From the NCBI RefSeq assembly GCF_009914755.1, contig NC_060930.1: 64,000 nucleotides of DNA; one strand, 5' to 3'. Of the stretch, positions 25,488-39,692 are shown piece after piece (the first letter of the stretch is position 1; each line of letters starts with the position of its first letter). The stretch is from the human T2T-CHM13v2.0 reference genome, Homo sapiens. A model generated the notes under the pieces. It searched no databases. It saw nothing but the letters and a program-made list of their open reading frames with translations, and was not told the origin of the DNA. The translations under genes and the position numbers were made by a program.

Positions 25488-27249
25488 CCTTGATCAGTTC
25501 TTCGTCTCCCTAAGTCCCATCAATTACCCTCATTATACTGTATTTAAAAAGTTAAGCCTAACAACTTTCATAGTATCCACAGGTAAATGAAGTTTTTATA
25601 ACGTAGCACTGTTTTAGGAAAGCCTTCATTAAAAGAATGTGTATAGGCAGTATCAAGAATTTGATTAAGATTTTCTTGAGAAGAAAAGAAATTACTTAAT
25701 TTTCACACAAATGAAGGATATTTTAATATAAAGATACCTACTCATTGTGAAGACATGTCCTGAATAAATATGGAATATAAGTGGACAATTTATTTAGACA
25801 GATAAAAGTCTCCAAAACATATTACCATAGATGCAGACATCTGTCTTCTAGATTGTAGAAGCTAGCTGTATAAAATTATGGTGATATACGAGTGAACTGA
25901 GATATTTTTAAACTATAAGTGAAAATGTAGGTCCTTAAAAGTAAACTAGAATAAAGCTTCCTTCATAACTGCAAGCAAAAAAAAAATATGCCAACTGGCT
26001 ATATCTGGAAACCTCAGTATCTATTTACTTGAATTTTAACCTTTGTGCTAAAGGTCTGGGAAGCAGAGGGAAAAGAGGCTGACTGGAATGAGATGACACA
26101 GGACAGGAAAGAGGGGAAGAATTCTAGGTCAGAGGTGGAAGGGACATATTCTGTAATAGTTTTCTGGGCCCTCGAGTTATAAGTCATTTCTGAAAGCTTA
26201 GAGATCAACTAAAATATCCTTCCACTGTGATAAGGTGGAAACATTTTTAACTTCATTTATCTTTTGTGTGTTCCATTTTCTGTGGTTTCTTGTGTTTCTT
26301 CTAACAGAGGGAAAAAAAGAATTCTTTATTAAATTCCTGATCTAGTTAAATATATGACAGACAGCATGATTTTACATAAGACTTTCTCTGGAAACTGATT
26401 TGCTTGATTTACTGTTGTTTTAAGTTGGCTTATATGTTTTGCTTAAACGTTTAGACCTGTCAAAATGGCCACCCAAAGCTTTGATGCCAGATTGCATCTC
26501 TCAACTGACAGTTAAGTAAAACATAGTTTTAGAATATAGGCAAGGTCTTACCCTATGTAACAGAAGCGACTCTGCAGCACTTTTCTCTACTGTTTGTTTA
26601 CTGCATAAGCACATTGTAACGGGTGTGATTTAGAAGCACTAGACTCAAATCTGTTTAAAAATCATTCCAGATTTACTCTACTAAAAATACTAAGAGAAAA
26701 TTTTTCTTTAAGATTTCTTACTTGCAACATAGCATTTAAGAAAAATTACTCAATGTAAGACAATATCTTGAGAAACCTAAAACCAAGTGAAAAGACTTGG
26801 AAAACATCTCCTGACCACGATGGTCAAATGTTTGTGGTGTCTATTTGATAGCACAACAAGCGAAATAGAATGCCTTAACTTTTCCTTTTCCCTGATCTAA
26901 CCTCTGTTTCTAGGAATAAAAAACAGAAGGGCAGTTTGCAGCTCAGAGATTTCTCACTTAACAACTTCAGCTGGGATGGGGCCCAGAATCTGGCTCTGGT
27001 GTATAAAATTACACTTTTAACTGTATGTGAGGATATTAACACTTGCCTTCGCCAGTTTTCAACAGACACATATATGTGGGATGCATGTAGGTATTTAACT
27101 TTCTAAGATGTTTATAGTTAGAAATGCCTTTAAAACCCCTGGACTATGGGTGTTTTCCTGTGGAATGCCATTATCCTGTTTATTTGTTTATATTCAAAGC
27201 AGTGCACACATCTTACATGAATTGACTACAGCTTACAGTGTTCTGTTTA

Positions 27250-28970
27250 TTTGTATATTTTTATTTTCAAAGCAAACCAGGTATACGGAGAAGTCTTATA
27301 TGAACAGCTCAATGAGTTTTTAGGAAACACATCTGTGTAACCACCACCCACATCAACATATCAAACATCACCAATACCCCAGAAGCTACTCTATCCCTTC
27401 CGTGTCATTAGCCCCTTAAAGGTAACCACCATTCTGACCTCTGTCACTGTAGATTATAGCTGCTCATTCTTCAATTCTACAGATTTCCATAGAAATTCCT
27501 ATGGTATTCTGTAGGAATCATGCAGCTTACGTTGCTGTTTTTTTTTCCCCTAGATTCTTTTCTTCAGTGTGCGTCTGTGAGGTTCATTCTTGTGGTTGTG
27601 TGTTCTTTTTCATTACTATACAGGACTGCATTTGTTCTTTTTCATTACTATACAAGATTCCATTTTGTATGTTTTAAAATTTATACTCCATTCTATTGCT
27701 GATGCATTTCTGTGTTGTTTCCAACTTTCAGCTATCAAGAATAATGCTTCTATGAACGTGCTTATACATGTAACATTGGTACACAGGGATATGCATTTCT
27801 GGCGAGGAAGAGACTTACTGGGTTATAGAGTCCACATATGTTCAGCTTCGTGGAGACTGCCAGTTTTCCAAAGTGGTTTTAACAATTTACATTCCCTGCA
27901 GCAGTGTTTAAAAGTTCCAGTTATCCTGTGTCCTCACCAATGCTTTGTAGTGTCAACGTTTTTTTCTGATTTATTATTTTTTTTAATTTTAGCTATTCTA
28001 TTGGCTATGCAGTAATCTTTTGTTGTGATTTTAATTTGGATTTCTCTGATCACTAGTATTGTTAATCATTTTTATTTCCTTACCTGCCATTTGAAATTGG
28101 TCTTTTTAATGACGTGTGTGTTAAAGTCCTTTGCCGTTTAAAAATACTGGGTAGTCTTTCTTTTACTCTGGCTTGTAGAAGGCAAGTTTTAAAAAAAATT
28201 TGTTCATTTTCAGTTATATACATGACAAATATATTTTCTTTCTTTATGGCTTATCTTCCCTCTTTATGACATCTTTTGATCAACTGAAGTTCTTACTTTC
28301 AATGAAGTTTAACTTATTAATCCATTCTATTATTGCATTGTTGTTTTTTGTCCTTTTCAGAAATATTTACCCAATCCAAGGTCATGAAGATATTCTCCTC
28401 TGCTATCTTCTAGAAGCTCTGTCATTTTGCCTTTCGCATTTCTGGTCTGTCTGGGAGTAATTTTTTTGTATAATGTGAGGTAGGAGGCAAGGATCATTTT
28501 TTCTCACATGGGTATCCATTCTTTTTCCCAGTGGCAGCTTTGCCCTATAGCAGTTGACCGTTTATGTGTGGGTCTGTGTCTGGACTCTGTGCTGCCCCAC
28601 TGGTCTATTTACCTATCCTTGCACTGATACCATACCATTCCGATGACTATAACTGTAAATTAAATCTTGATATCTGGTAATATAAGTTCTCCAACTTTGT
28701 TCTTCAATATAATTTTTTTTATTCTTGAGCTTTTGCATTTCCATGTAATTTTAGAATCAGCTTGCCAAATTTCACACACAAAGATTTAGATTATTAATTG
28801 GGATAATAATGAATCAATTTAAGTAGAATTGACATTTTTCAATATTGTACCTTCCAGGAACCTAGTAGATGCCTCCATTTCTTAAGTCTTCTTTCACCTT
28901 GTCAGTAAAGTTTTGGGTTTTCTTTGTGGAGGACTGCACATCGTTCACTGGCTTTATTCCTAGTTATGTG
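27250..28970 (-). mobile_element. Old L1M(E) 3' region
   Basis: tgtgtaaccaccaccca.., gttttccaaagtggttt, aatcagcttgccaa: antisense L1 3'UTR and ORF2 end. Confidence 0.8.
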
Positions 28971-29689
28971 TCCTCTTTTCAGTAGAGAGCTGCTTCCAGT
29001 TTGTATAAAAGCAAAATCTTCCTTTACGGTCACACCCTTAAACAAAACATTATAGAGGAACTATTTTGAAGCTGAAGAGAGGAAGTGCCCTTGAACCTTG
29101 AGGAGGAGGTGCGGAGTTTTTTTTGGTTGTTGGTTTGAGGTAGGTGAGATGCAGTATGTCTTGTCCAGATGGAATCTTTGGAATATCCTTAAAGGCAGCA
29201 GATGTGTGTGGGAAGAATGACAGAGTATATCGAGAAGCAGACTTAATGCATTGAGTAATCGCATAGTTGAATGAATAAACCAATGCATATTTTAAGTATC
29301 TGAAGTACATTCATTGATGCAAAGCAAATGACCATTCTAAACATAGGTTATATCCTGGATTTACCTTCTTAAATCTTTGATTTACCATCCCCAGTTGCCA
29401 GAGATGAAGTTATAAATTAAATGATTAAAATATTATCAAGGTAATTGATGGTTTAGATTTACCACCAATTATATTTCCCATTAAATAAGAAACATTTTGA
29501 AATTTAATAACTCATGTGTGAGTCAGTGACAGCATACTGTTTTAGAGTTAAAGTCTCTTGGAGTTCCTGCTGGTTACTACTCTGTTTTTCTTTTCTTTCC
29601 CAATCATGCTTTGGGAAAGAATATTCCTTCTTGCTGACACCAGTGTCTCAGCTCCAATTCACTTCTCATACCAGCCCCTGACTCCTGAC

Positions 29690-30890
29690 ATCCATCAAAA
29701 CTGTTTTCATCCTTAAGACCCAAAGACCTCATAATTGCCAGATTCAGTAAAGAAGTTTTCTTCAAGTTCTTTCGACATTTGAGATTATTGAACTATTCCT
29801 TCTCCTTAAAACTCTTCTTTTGCGGCTTTCTTGATATTTATTCTCCTTTCCTGGTCTCCTTCCTACCTCTCTGACTCTTTCTCAGGCTGTCTTCATTCCA
29901 CAAATGTTGTTATTGCACATGGCCTGCTTCAGACTCATTGCTTCTTCATTGTGAATTCTCAATCTGGTGGAACTCGTTCACTCTGTGGCTTCCTGACAAT
30001 CAGTCTTCTGACGTTTTTGAAAGCTTATCCTGAAATATCCTACACTACAAACACGTATATCCAACTACCTGTTGGACCTCTCCATTTGAGTGCCCCAGAG
30101 ACACTTAAAACTTAACATGTCAGAACAGGAAACATCTTAACATGTTCTGCACCTTGGTGAATGCCACCCTTTCTCCTGGGCCAGCAGCCTGGAAGTGGTT
30201 ATTGACTATTCTCTCTTTTTTGTTTCCCCATGTCTAGTGAAAACATCCAACTCGTCTTCCTCCTTAATAGCCTTAATATGTCTGCAGTCTTGACCCTCTT
30301 CTCTATATCTCTCTCTTTTTTCTGTTCCCAAATAGCCTTACACCTGGCTTTTTAAAACAGGCTCCTAACTGGTCTCTCTGCCCATTCAATATGGTCATCC
30401 TCCAATCTCATATCTGCTTTCAAGATGATCTTTCCAAAATGTACTACTTCTCTATTTAAAACTCTACAGTGGTTCTATTTTTCCTTCAGCACAAAAGCCA
30501 AGACCTTCAATATGGCTTTACAAACCTAGCCATAAGGGAGCTCCTTCTGCTTCTCTAGTCTCCTCTTGACACTACCCCTTTTCACCTGCCTGACCTGTTA
30601 TCCAGAGCCCCTGCAGTTCCTTCCATCACTCTGTGCCTTCCCTTCATAAATACTCTGCTTCTGCCCAGAACAGTCACATCTCTATCCACAACTTCTTCTG
30701 TGGGTGGTTTCTTACTCATTCTCCAAAACTTACCTTGGTTATGTCATGCTCTAGGGGGAACCTTTTCTCATTCCCCTGCACACACCAGTCTGGAATATAT
30801 TATATTGCATTATATGTGTTTCTTTATCTCACTCTGAACTTTTCAAAGGCGAAAAACACATTTTTTCACGTTTGTATCCTCCCTCTGCAG
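29690..30890 (+). mobile_element. L2 LINE
   Basis: gacctcataattgcca..ccaactacctgttggacctctccatttg..aacaggctcctaactggtctc. Confidence 0.75.
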
Positions 30891-31465
30891 GTACTTTTAG
30901 AAATAGGCACTATGTTAGGCTCTAGAGATGCAAAGATGAATAAGACATTATCCCTGCCTATGAGGCTCTCATAGTATAGAAAGTAAAACAGAAACATCAA
31001 AAGATAGTTACCGTGCAGTTTGACAAGTACCAGATGACAGGTATTTTTAAAACATGGAAGATAGAGCACCTGATTCTGGGTCTGAGTGAGTTCTATTTAA
31101 GTGTATACAAGGATTGTTTGAGAAATATGGACGGACAAATAATCCTCAGAGTAAATATCCTCTCCAGGAAAACTCCTGGCAACCCCATCACCCATTTCAC
31201 CAGTTGATCTCCAGAGACTGTGCATTTTTGATCCTCACATGTAGAGAACTGCATGGGAGATAAAATATTAACAAATAGGACCCAAACATGTAAATAAACA
31301 TGATATGGCTTGGTGGGAGAGGTAAACGTATTAAGCCATATTTTAGGACTTAGTTGAGACTTGAAAAAATAAGCATCTTATTTTGTGTGCTCAGGAGCTG
31401 TCTGACAAAATCCTAAGCCTGACTGAGATCATAGTCCACCCTGACTTTGTCTAAAAATGTTGCTG

Positions 31466-31651
31466 ACTGGGCATGGTGGCTCACGTCTGAGATCCTAGCA
31501 CTTTGGGAGACTGAGGTGGGAAGATGGCTTGAGCCTAGGAGGTTGAGGCTGCAGTGAGCTGGGATCACGCCACTACTGCACTCCAGCCTGGGCGAAAGAG
31601 CAAGACCCTGAAAGACCCTGTCTCAAAAAAGAAAAAAAAAAAGAGAAAAAA
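31466..31651 (+). mobile_element. Alu monomer (FRAM/FAM-like)
   Basis: Single arm with A-tail; small aagaccctg duplication near the 3' end. Confidence 0.8.
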
Positions 31652-31746
31652 GGCGTTTGCCTTTATGGTAATAAGAACAGCCTAAAGCCTTGAAAGATTC
31701 ATTCTACTTTTTCAGATACAATGTTAAAAAATTATTAAAGATTTCT

Positions 31747-32049
<303 letters not shown>

Positions 32050-32178
32050 TTACAGATTTCTTTTTTCCAAAGCAGATTCATAAGCTGTCCCTTACGCTAT
32101 GAAACTTACTGGAACGACTTTTAGGTTTGGTGAGTTTTCTTAGGACAGACAAACACTGTAAATGTTTTCTTAACCTAG

Positions 32179-32497
<319 letters not shown>

Positions 32498-33239
32498 GGA
32501 AATGTTTTCTTAACCTGTTAAACAAACAGAATTTCAAACCTAACAAATAACCCAAATACATAGGTAACTGCTTTCATTTCATGGCCCTGAATGGCTGGAA
32601 AGTTAGTAGAAAAGTATATCTTCAAGCTGAGCTTTCAAAACACATATCTGTTTTCAAAAATCTTGTACAGGTGAAATATGTAATGCTTGGTTTTGTTTTG
32701 GTTTTGTTTTTCTCCTAAAAAACCAGTGTGACTAGTTTAAAACAATGCTAAATAATTCCTAAGGGAAAATGCTGCGAGAACCTTTCACCTAATGAGTTTA
32801 CTGCCTTAGCTTGCTGTTTTAGTTACATGTTTTCAAGAAGTTCTCAGACGTATGAATGGAAGAACATCTCTGATTCCACTTTAAAATAGATGGGAAAAAA
32901 ATGCACCAAGGTGGAAGTGGTTGGCAGGCAAAGAAGAAGAATATGAACAATATGAGGGCAGCACTATTTTTATTTTATTAAGGATTAGACATAGTGCATT
33001 ACAATTGGAATAAAACGTTCAGGTTGTAAGTATGTATTTTTCCACTTGAATAAGTCAGTTAAACTTAGAAACTATTCAATGGGTGTCAGCTTGCAGGTTC
33101 TGGATCAATAGAACATAGTATCATGGCATACTGTCTACCATTATAGTATCATGATTGTCAGTTATTTGGAGTATTCTGGCTAAATGCTTTATTTCTAAAT
33201 CATTATTTCTTCTTATGTGTTTTAATAAATTTGAGGTTA

Positions 33240-33410
33240 TGTTATATGTAATATGCTTTTCTGTGCCTCTACTTCTTCATTTGTGAGATAGAGATAGCTG
33301 GAGTCCTGGCTCGTGGAGTTGTTACGAAGAGTAGATGAGAGGGGTGACTAAAGTGCCCAGCACAGAGCCTGGTGCCCAGTCAGCATCCAAGTAGGGTTTG
33401 TTGTTGCCTT
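33240..33410 (+). mobile_element. MIR fragment
   Basis: ttctgtgcct..cttcatttgtgagat..aagtgcccagcacagagcctgg. Confidence 0.6.
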
Positions 33411-33989
33411 ACTTGTTTTTTATACTTTATTATACATCGTGAGCATTTTCTCAAGTTGCTAACCATTATTCAAAACCATGATGTCTCATGGATATGTAAC
33501 AACCCACTTTTCTCTTAAGATTTAAATAATGTCATTTTGGTCAGTTTTGCAATTTCCAGATTGGCAATAACATAAATTCCACTGAACTAAACATTCTTAT
33601 GCAGAAGTCTTTGTGACCAAGTAAGATACATTTCTAAAATAGAATGATTGGTCAAAATGTATACATATTTTAAAGGCTTTCATTTTCATTCATATGTCCA
33701 AATTCCATCCCTGAAAGATTGTAGCCATTTGAAAGTACCCCTTTCTCTTGCCATGTTTAAAGAAGAACTAAGGAAATGTAAAAGCATGTGGCAAAAATAA
33801 TAGAAGGCTGGAAGTTTTAGAGCCAGAATATTTGCATTTATTTATTACTTATACCATGGTATTTATTTATACCAGGGAGGGAAGATAAATAAATTCCTAT
33901 AATTTCTCATATTTAAAAGGAGCTTTTGTGTGATAAAGTAAAAGCACTGCATTGACTTTAAGCAGCCTGTTTCTTATATTGACTGATAC

Positions 33990-34160
33990 AGGATTAAACA
34001 CCAGCTTGAGGAAGTCACTCTACCTCTCATAGTTACAGACTCACAATTTGCAAAACGGTGATATCATACGTATACTATAGGACTTTTGTGGCAGTTAAAT
34101 AATATTCTGCATGAGAAGCACCAAGCAAAGGTCTTGGCACATAGTAAGCACCTGTAGTTG
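33990..34160 (+). mobile_element. MIR fragment
   Basis: gaagtcactctacctctc..ttggcacatagtaagcac. Confidence 0.55.
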
Positions 34161-34817
34161 ATCACAGGCTTATTGACCATGAGTATCATTTTTGCTGCAG
34201 AGCCAGCCTTCAGCTTTCCTCGCTTTATTGCATCTGTAGATTCATAAAGTAGTAGAGTTCCCGACAGGTGTACTGGCTGTGTCCTGAATGAGGAGAGGGC
34301 AGAAATCCATGACATTTTTCAGCTGTAATGTCAACACACTTGATGGTCCTGGTTAGCATTAACATGACATAGTTTTATGACTTGACTTAGTGCACATCTA
34401 GCCCCTGCTTTGTGTCAGACACTGAATCAAGAGTTGGTGATACAGGAATGAATAAAAGGTAATCTTTGTCCTCGAAGGGCTCATAATCTAGACAGGAAGT
34501 GTTTACCATCTTTTCTGGGTGAAATTCTTCTTCTGTTTATACTTATTGAACATTCATTTGTGCTGTTCCCGTAAGACATGCACTGGTAGGTATTTGGAGG
34601 TGAAAGTAAGTAATGATAAAGCCAGACTGTGCCCCTAAGATGTTTAGAATGTGGTGGGTAGTTCAGTTAATTGGCATGCTGTGGTAGGAAAATAATGGGC
34701 TTTCAGTCAGAAGACCTTAGTTCATATTCAGGCCTCAAAACATACTTGTGGAATGATGGGTTGGGCAGGGAAGGCCCTTGTGTTCTAAGCAAGAAAATGA
34801 AAAGAGTTAAAATCCAG

Positions 34818-36200
34818 TTATTCATTCATCCATTTGGCAAGTATTTATTGAGTACCTGGGATTCAGCAGGGAATAAAATATACAAAAATCCCTGCCCTCA
34901 TGGAGCATAGATTCAGTGGGGGTGACGAAGGATGTAAAAACTGCTGCCATGAAATTTTTAAAAGGCAGTGAAGGAAGCTATGGAGAATTGGGGAGGAGAG
35001 GTGGCATGTTTACAGAGAGTGGCAGGAGAGGCCTATTTTGCCAAATCCCTTTTTAAGCCAATGGGGATGGCACCAGGTTCAAGAGGCAGAAGAGACCCAG
35101 AGCCAGCACACGAGATGGGGTTTTATTGGGGAACTTTCATACTGGGGAGAGAGTCTAGTAGTGGTGGGATGGACAGGAGAACCACCTTACATACAGTCCA
35201 GGGGCGGCAAGTGGGCTGGACAGGAAAACCACAATGGCTTGTGAAAGGCATCCAGTTTATATAGCATTTTCACTTAACACCCTCTCCATAATGACCTCCA
35301 CCTGGCAACCTTCATGCAATCCCAAATCGGGGCCTTGATTCCATGGGCAGCCTGTGTTGCATAGGACAGTATGGGGGCTCAGATGTTCCTCATCGACAAG
35401 GAACGAATCTCTGTTTCGCCATTCCCGGATTCCCTAGCTCAGAACACACATTCAGTGTGTCTGCCGTACAGGGTCTTTCTCAGGGTGTGCTTAAGTTATT
35501 GCTGTCAGGTGCCTTTAACATACAGGGCCTCATTACAAACTAACATTTGAATGAAGAGCTGTGAGGGTGCAGTTCAAAGAGACAGCCCCAAACCCAGGAG
35601 ACCAGTGGCACTGGAGCAGAGCGTGTATGGGGTGCAGTTAGGGGGAAGTGGCAGTGGCAGGAGGCAGGGAAGGGCCTGTGGGACATGTTGATAAGGACTT
35701 TGGCTTTTACTGGGCATAAGATAGGAAGCCTTTGAAGGAGTGTGAACAGAGTGATGGAAGGATGTTCCCACAACCCAGGGAGATGTGGACCAATGAGATA
35801 GCAGTAGATGTGGTGCACAGGGTCAGATTATGGAGGTTATTTTTAAAGATAGAGCCAACAGGATTTGCTAAAGAATGGCATTAGCAGGGTTTAGAGCTGA
35901 GTTACTATGAAGCCTGAGTGGCCATCCATTGAGATGAGGATGACGGTGGAAGAAGCAGATTGTCGGGGAGAGCTCAAGGAGTTCAGATTTGCACCAGTTA
36001 AGTTTGAGATGCCTGTCTGACTTTCAAATGCAGAAGTCTGGCTAACTGGAGTTCAAGGGAGAGGTCCTGGCTGAGGACGAAAATACCAGGATCATTAACA
36101 TAGAGGCAGTATCTAAAGTCAAGAGTCGATCAGATCTCTAAGGTAGTGATTGCAGCTGCAAAAGAGAAGAGCTCCAACGACTGAGCATTGTGGTAAACTA
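34818..36200 (-). mobile_element. L2 LINE (antisense) interrupted by an LTR
   Basis: ttcattcatccatttggcaagtatttattgagtacc (L2 tail) ..gatagagccaacaggatttgc..aagtttgagatgcct. Confidence 0.75.
35034..35524 (-). mobile_element. ERVL solo LTR (LTR47-like)
   Basis: - strand starts TGTATGTTAAAGGCACCTGACAGCAATAACTTAAGCA; 5-bp TSD (A/G)GGCC. Confidence 0.7.
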
Positions 36201-36553
36201 TCATGTAGATAGTAGTTATAACTATTATGCACTTCTGGGAAAATGTGGTACCTCATGAGGTACCTTCACTCTGTTCACTGTGGCCGCCTCCAAAAACATT
36301 GTGTTTGTTTACTAAATGCTGTCTTCATGACATGAAAAATTGAAGGTTTTTTCCTATCAGGGATTGGATTGATTCAGGCACAAAGATAATTTGGGCACCA
36401 CTGGAGTTGGGCATAGGCAGTTCTGTGCAGGATGCTTCACAATAGTATTTCAACAGATATAGTGATCTCGGCTTCTGATTTTGTTACATAAAAACACATT
36501 GATTCAGAAAAGGACAAAAGCAATGTAGGTCCACAAAGATTAAAACATCACTA

Positions 36554-36928
<375 letters not shown>

Positions 36929-37158
36929 TCAACATTAAGGTAAAAAAAAATACCGAAAGATTGGACTTAAGACGGGCCAGTTTTTCTAGGTTAAAGATGC
37001 CTTTCAGAAAAATGTTTGTTCAGCCATGCTTTAGCAATCACTTATGTGTAGAGAACTTTTCCACGTCTCCTGTATTTATTCAATCAACAGGAATTAGCTT
37101 AGCAGCATAACCCAAAGACTTATCATTTATGTTGCCTTATGACTGATAGTGCTAATAA

Positions 37159-37553
<395 letters not shown>

Positions 37554-38187
37554 GAGCAAAAGAATTTTCAAAGTACATAGCGTGCTTATCACCTGCTGAC
37601 AAATTTCTCAGATCATGTCTGGGAGCACGCTGGCTATGTGGGGATTGTAGATTTTTGCCTATAAATGCTCAATTTAAGTATCAAACACTCCATAAACCTT
37701 GCGGTGCATCTCTTTAGAGATTTTTAAAGGCTCTACAATTCAAAAGTATTGTAATAATTTTCAAAGTATGCCACATTCTCAAGAGGTGTCCATCTATGGG
37801 GTGATACTTGGGTAGGGGGAATAAAGTCCACTTCTGAATTGTGGGTAATAAACACAAGTCCAAAAGTGCACAGGCAGGCAGCTTGTACTTACCTTAACAG
37901 ATGCATACTTTGGAAGTGAACAGCATTGAAGCATTAGGGCTTTCTACACTCCAGTGGCAGCGTGGGCCTTACAAAACTGTAGGGCCTTCACCTAAGACAA
38001 AGATAACACTTTTGTGTTTGCAGTAACTCATGGACACTTTGGACTTAGTTTCTAAGGGGCTTATCCCTTCTCCACTCAGTGTTTCTGGACTTCTTCCTGG
38101 AGTAAGGACCTTGGGAAGAAGCCTTCGTTCCTGTCTGTAACCCCTATTTAGTGCACTGATTGGGGTGCTTAGCACAATCACACATAA

Positions 38188-38650
<463 letters not shown>

Positions 38651-38759
38651 CAATATTTCCTTTTTTAAAATAACTGAGGCAGATGTTGTGGGTATTACAT
38701 ATAAACTTCCTCATAGACAATCTGTAAGTTGGCAGAATTTGATGAACACCTTTGGATAA

Positions 38760-39125
38760 TGTATTAGTCCATTCTCACGCTGCTAATAAAGACATACCTG
38801 AGACTGGGTAATTTATAAAGAAAAAGAGGTTTAATGGACTCACAGATTCACATGGCTGGGGAGGCCTCACATTCATGATGGAAGGTGAAGGAGGAGCAAA
38901 GGCATGTCTTACATAGAGGCAGGGAAGAGAGTGTGTGCAGGGGAACTCCCCTTTATAAAACCATCCGATCTCATGAGACTTATTCACTATCACGAGAACA
39001 GCATGGGAAAACCTGCCTCCATGATTCAATTACGTTCCACCAGGTCCCTGTCATAACACGCGGGGATTATGGGAACTAAAATTCAAGATGAGGTTTGGGT
39101 GGGGACACACAGCCAAACCATATTA
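38760..39125 (-). mobile_element. THE1 (THE1C-like) solo LTR
   Basis: tgtattagtccattctcacgctgctaataaagacatacc..cagccaaaccatat; 5-bp TSD GATAA. Confidence 0.9.
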
Positions 39126-39190
39126 GATAATATTTTCAGTTCAGCTCTGGGATTCACTGTCAATTATGGCAGAAAAGATGGATAGAGTTG

Positions 39191-39692
39191 TGTTGGGAGC
39201 AGGCCCTCCATAAACTGGCCCCAAAACTGGCCATAAACAAAATCTCTGCAGCACTGTGACATGTTCGTGATGGCCGTGATGCCCATGCTGGAAGGTTGTG
39301 GGTTTACTGGAATGAGGGCAAGGAACACCTGGCCCACCCAGGGCGGAAAACCGCTTAAAGGCATTCTTAATCCACAAACAATAGCATGAGCAATCTGTGC
39401 CTTAAGGACATGCTCCTGCTGCAGATAACTAGCCCAACCCATCCTTTTATTTCGGCCCATCCCTTTGTTTCCCATAAGGAATACTTTTAGTTAATCTATA
39501 ATTGATTAAAACAATGCTTATCACTGGCTTGCTGTCAATAAATACATGGGTAAATCTCTGTTTGAGGCTCTCTGCTTTGAAGGCTGTGAGACCCCTGATT
39601 TCCCATTCCACACCTCTGTATTTCTGTGTGTGTGTCTTTAATTCCTCTAGCGCTGCTGGGTTAGGGTCTTCCCGACCAAGCTGGTCTCAGCA
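39191..39692 (+). mobile_element. MER9 solo LTR (HERV-K HML-3)
   Basis: TGTTGGGAGCAGGCCC..AAACTGGCCCCAAAACTGGCCATAAAC..CA; perfect 6-bp TSD GAGTTG. Confidence 0.88.

Noticed and set aside
27590-28015. 141-aa ORF on the + strand
   Set aside because: Antisense translation of an old L1 3' region; Cys/Phe/Leu-rich composition typical of such artefacts.
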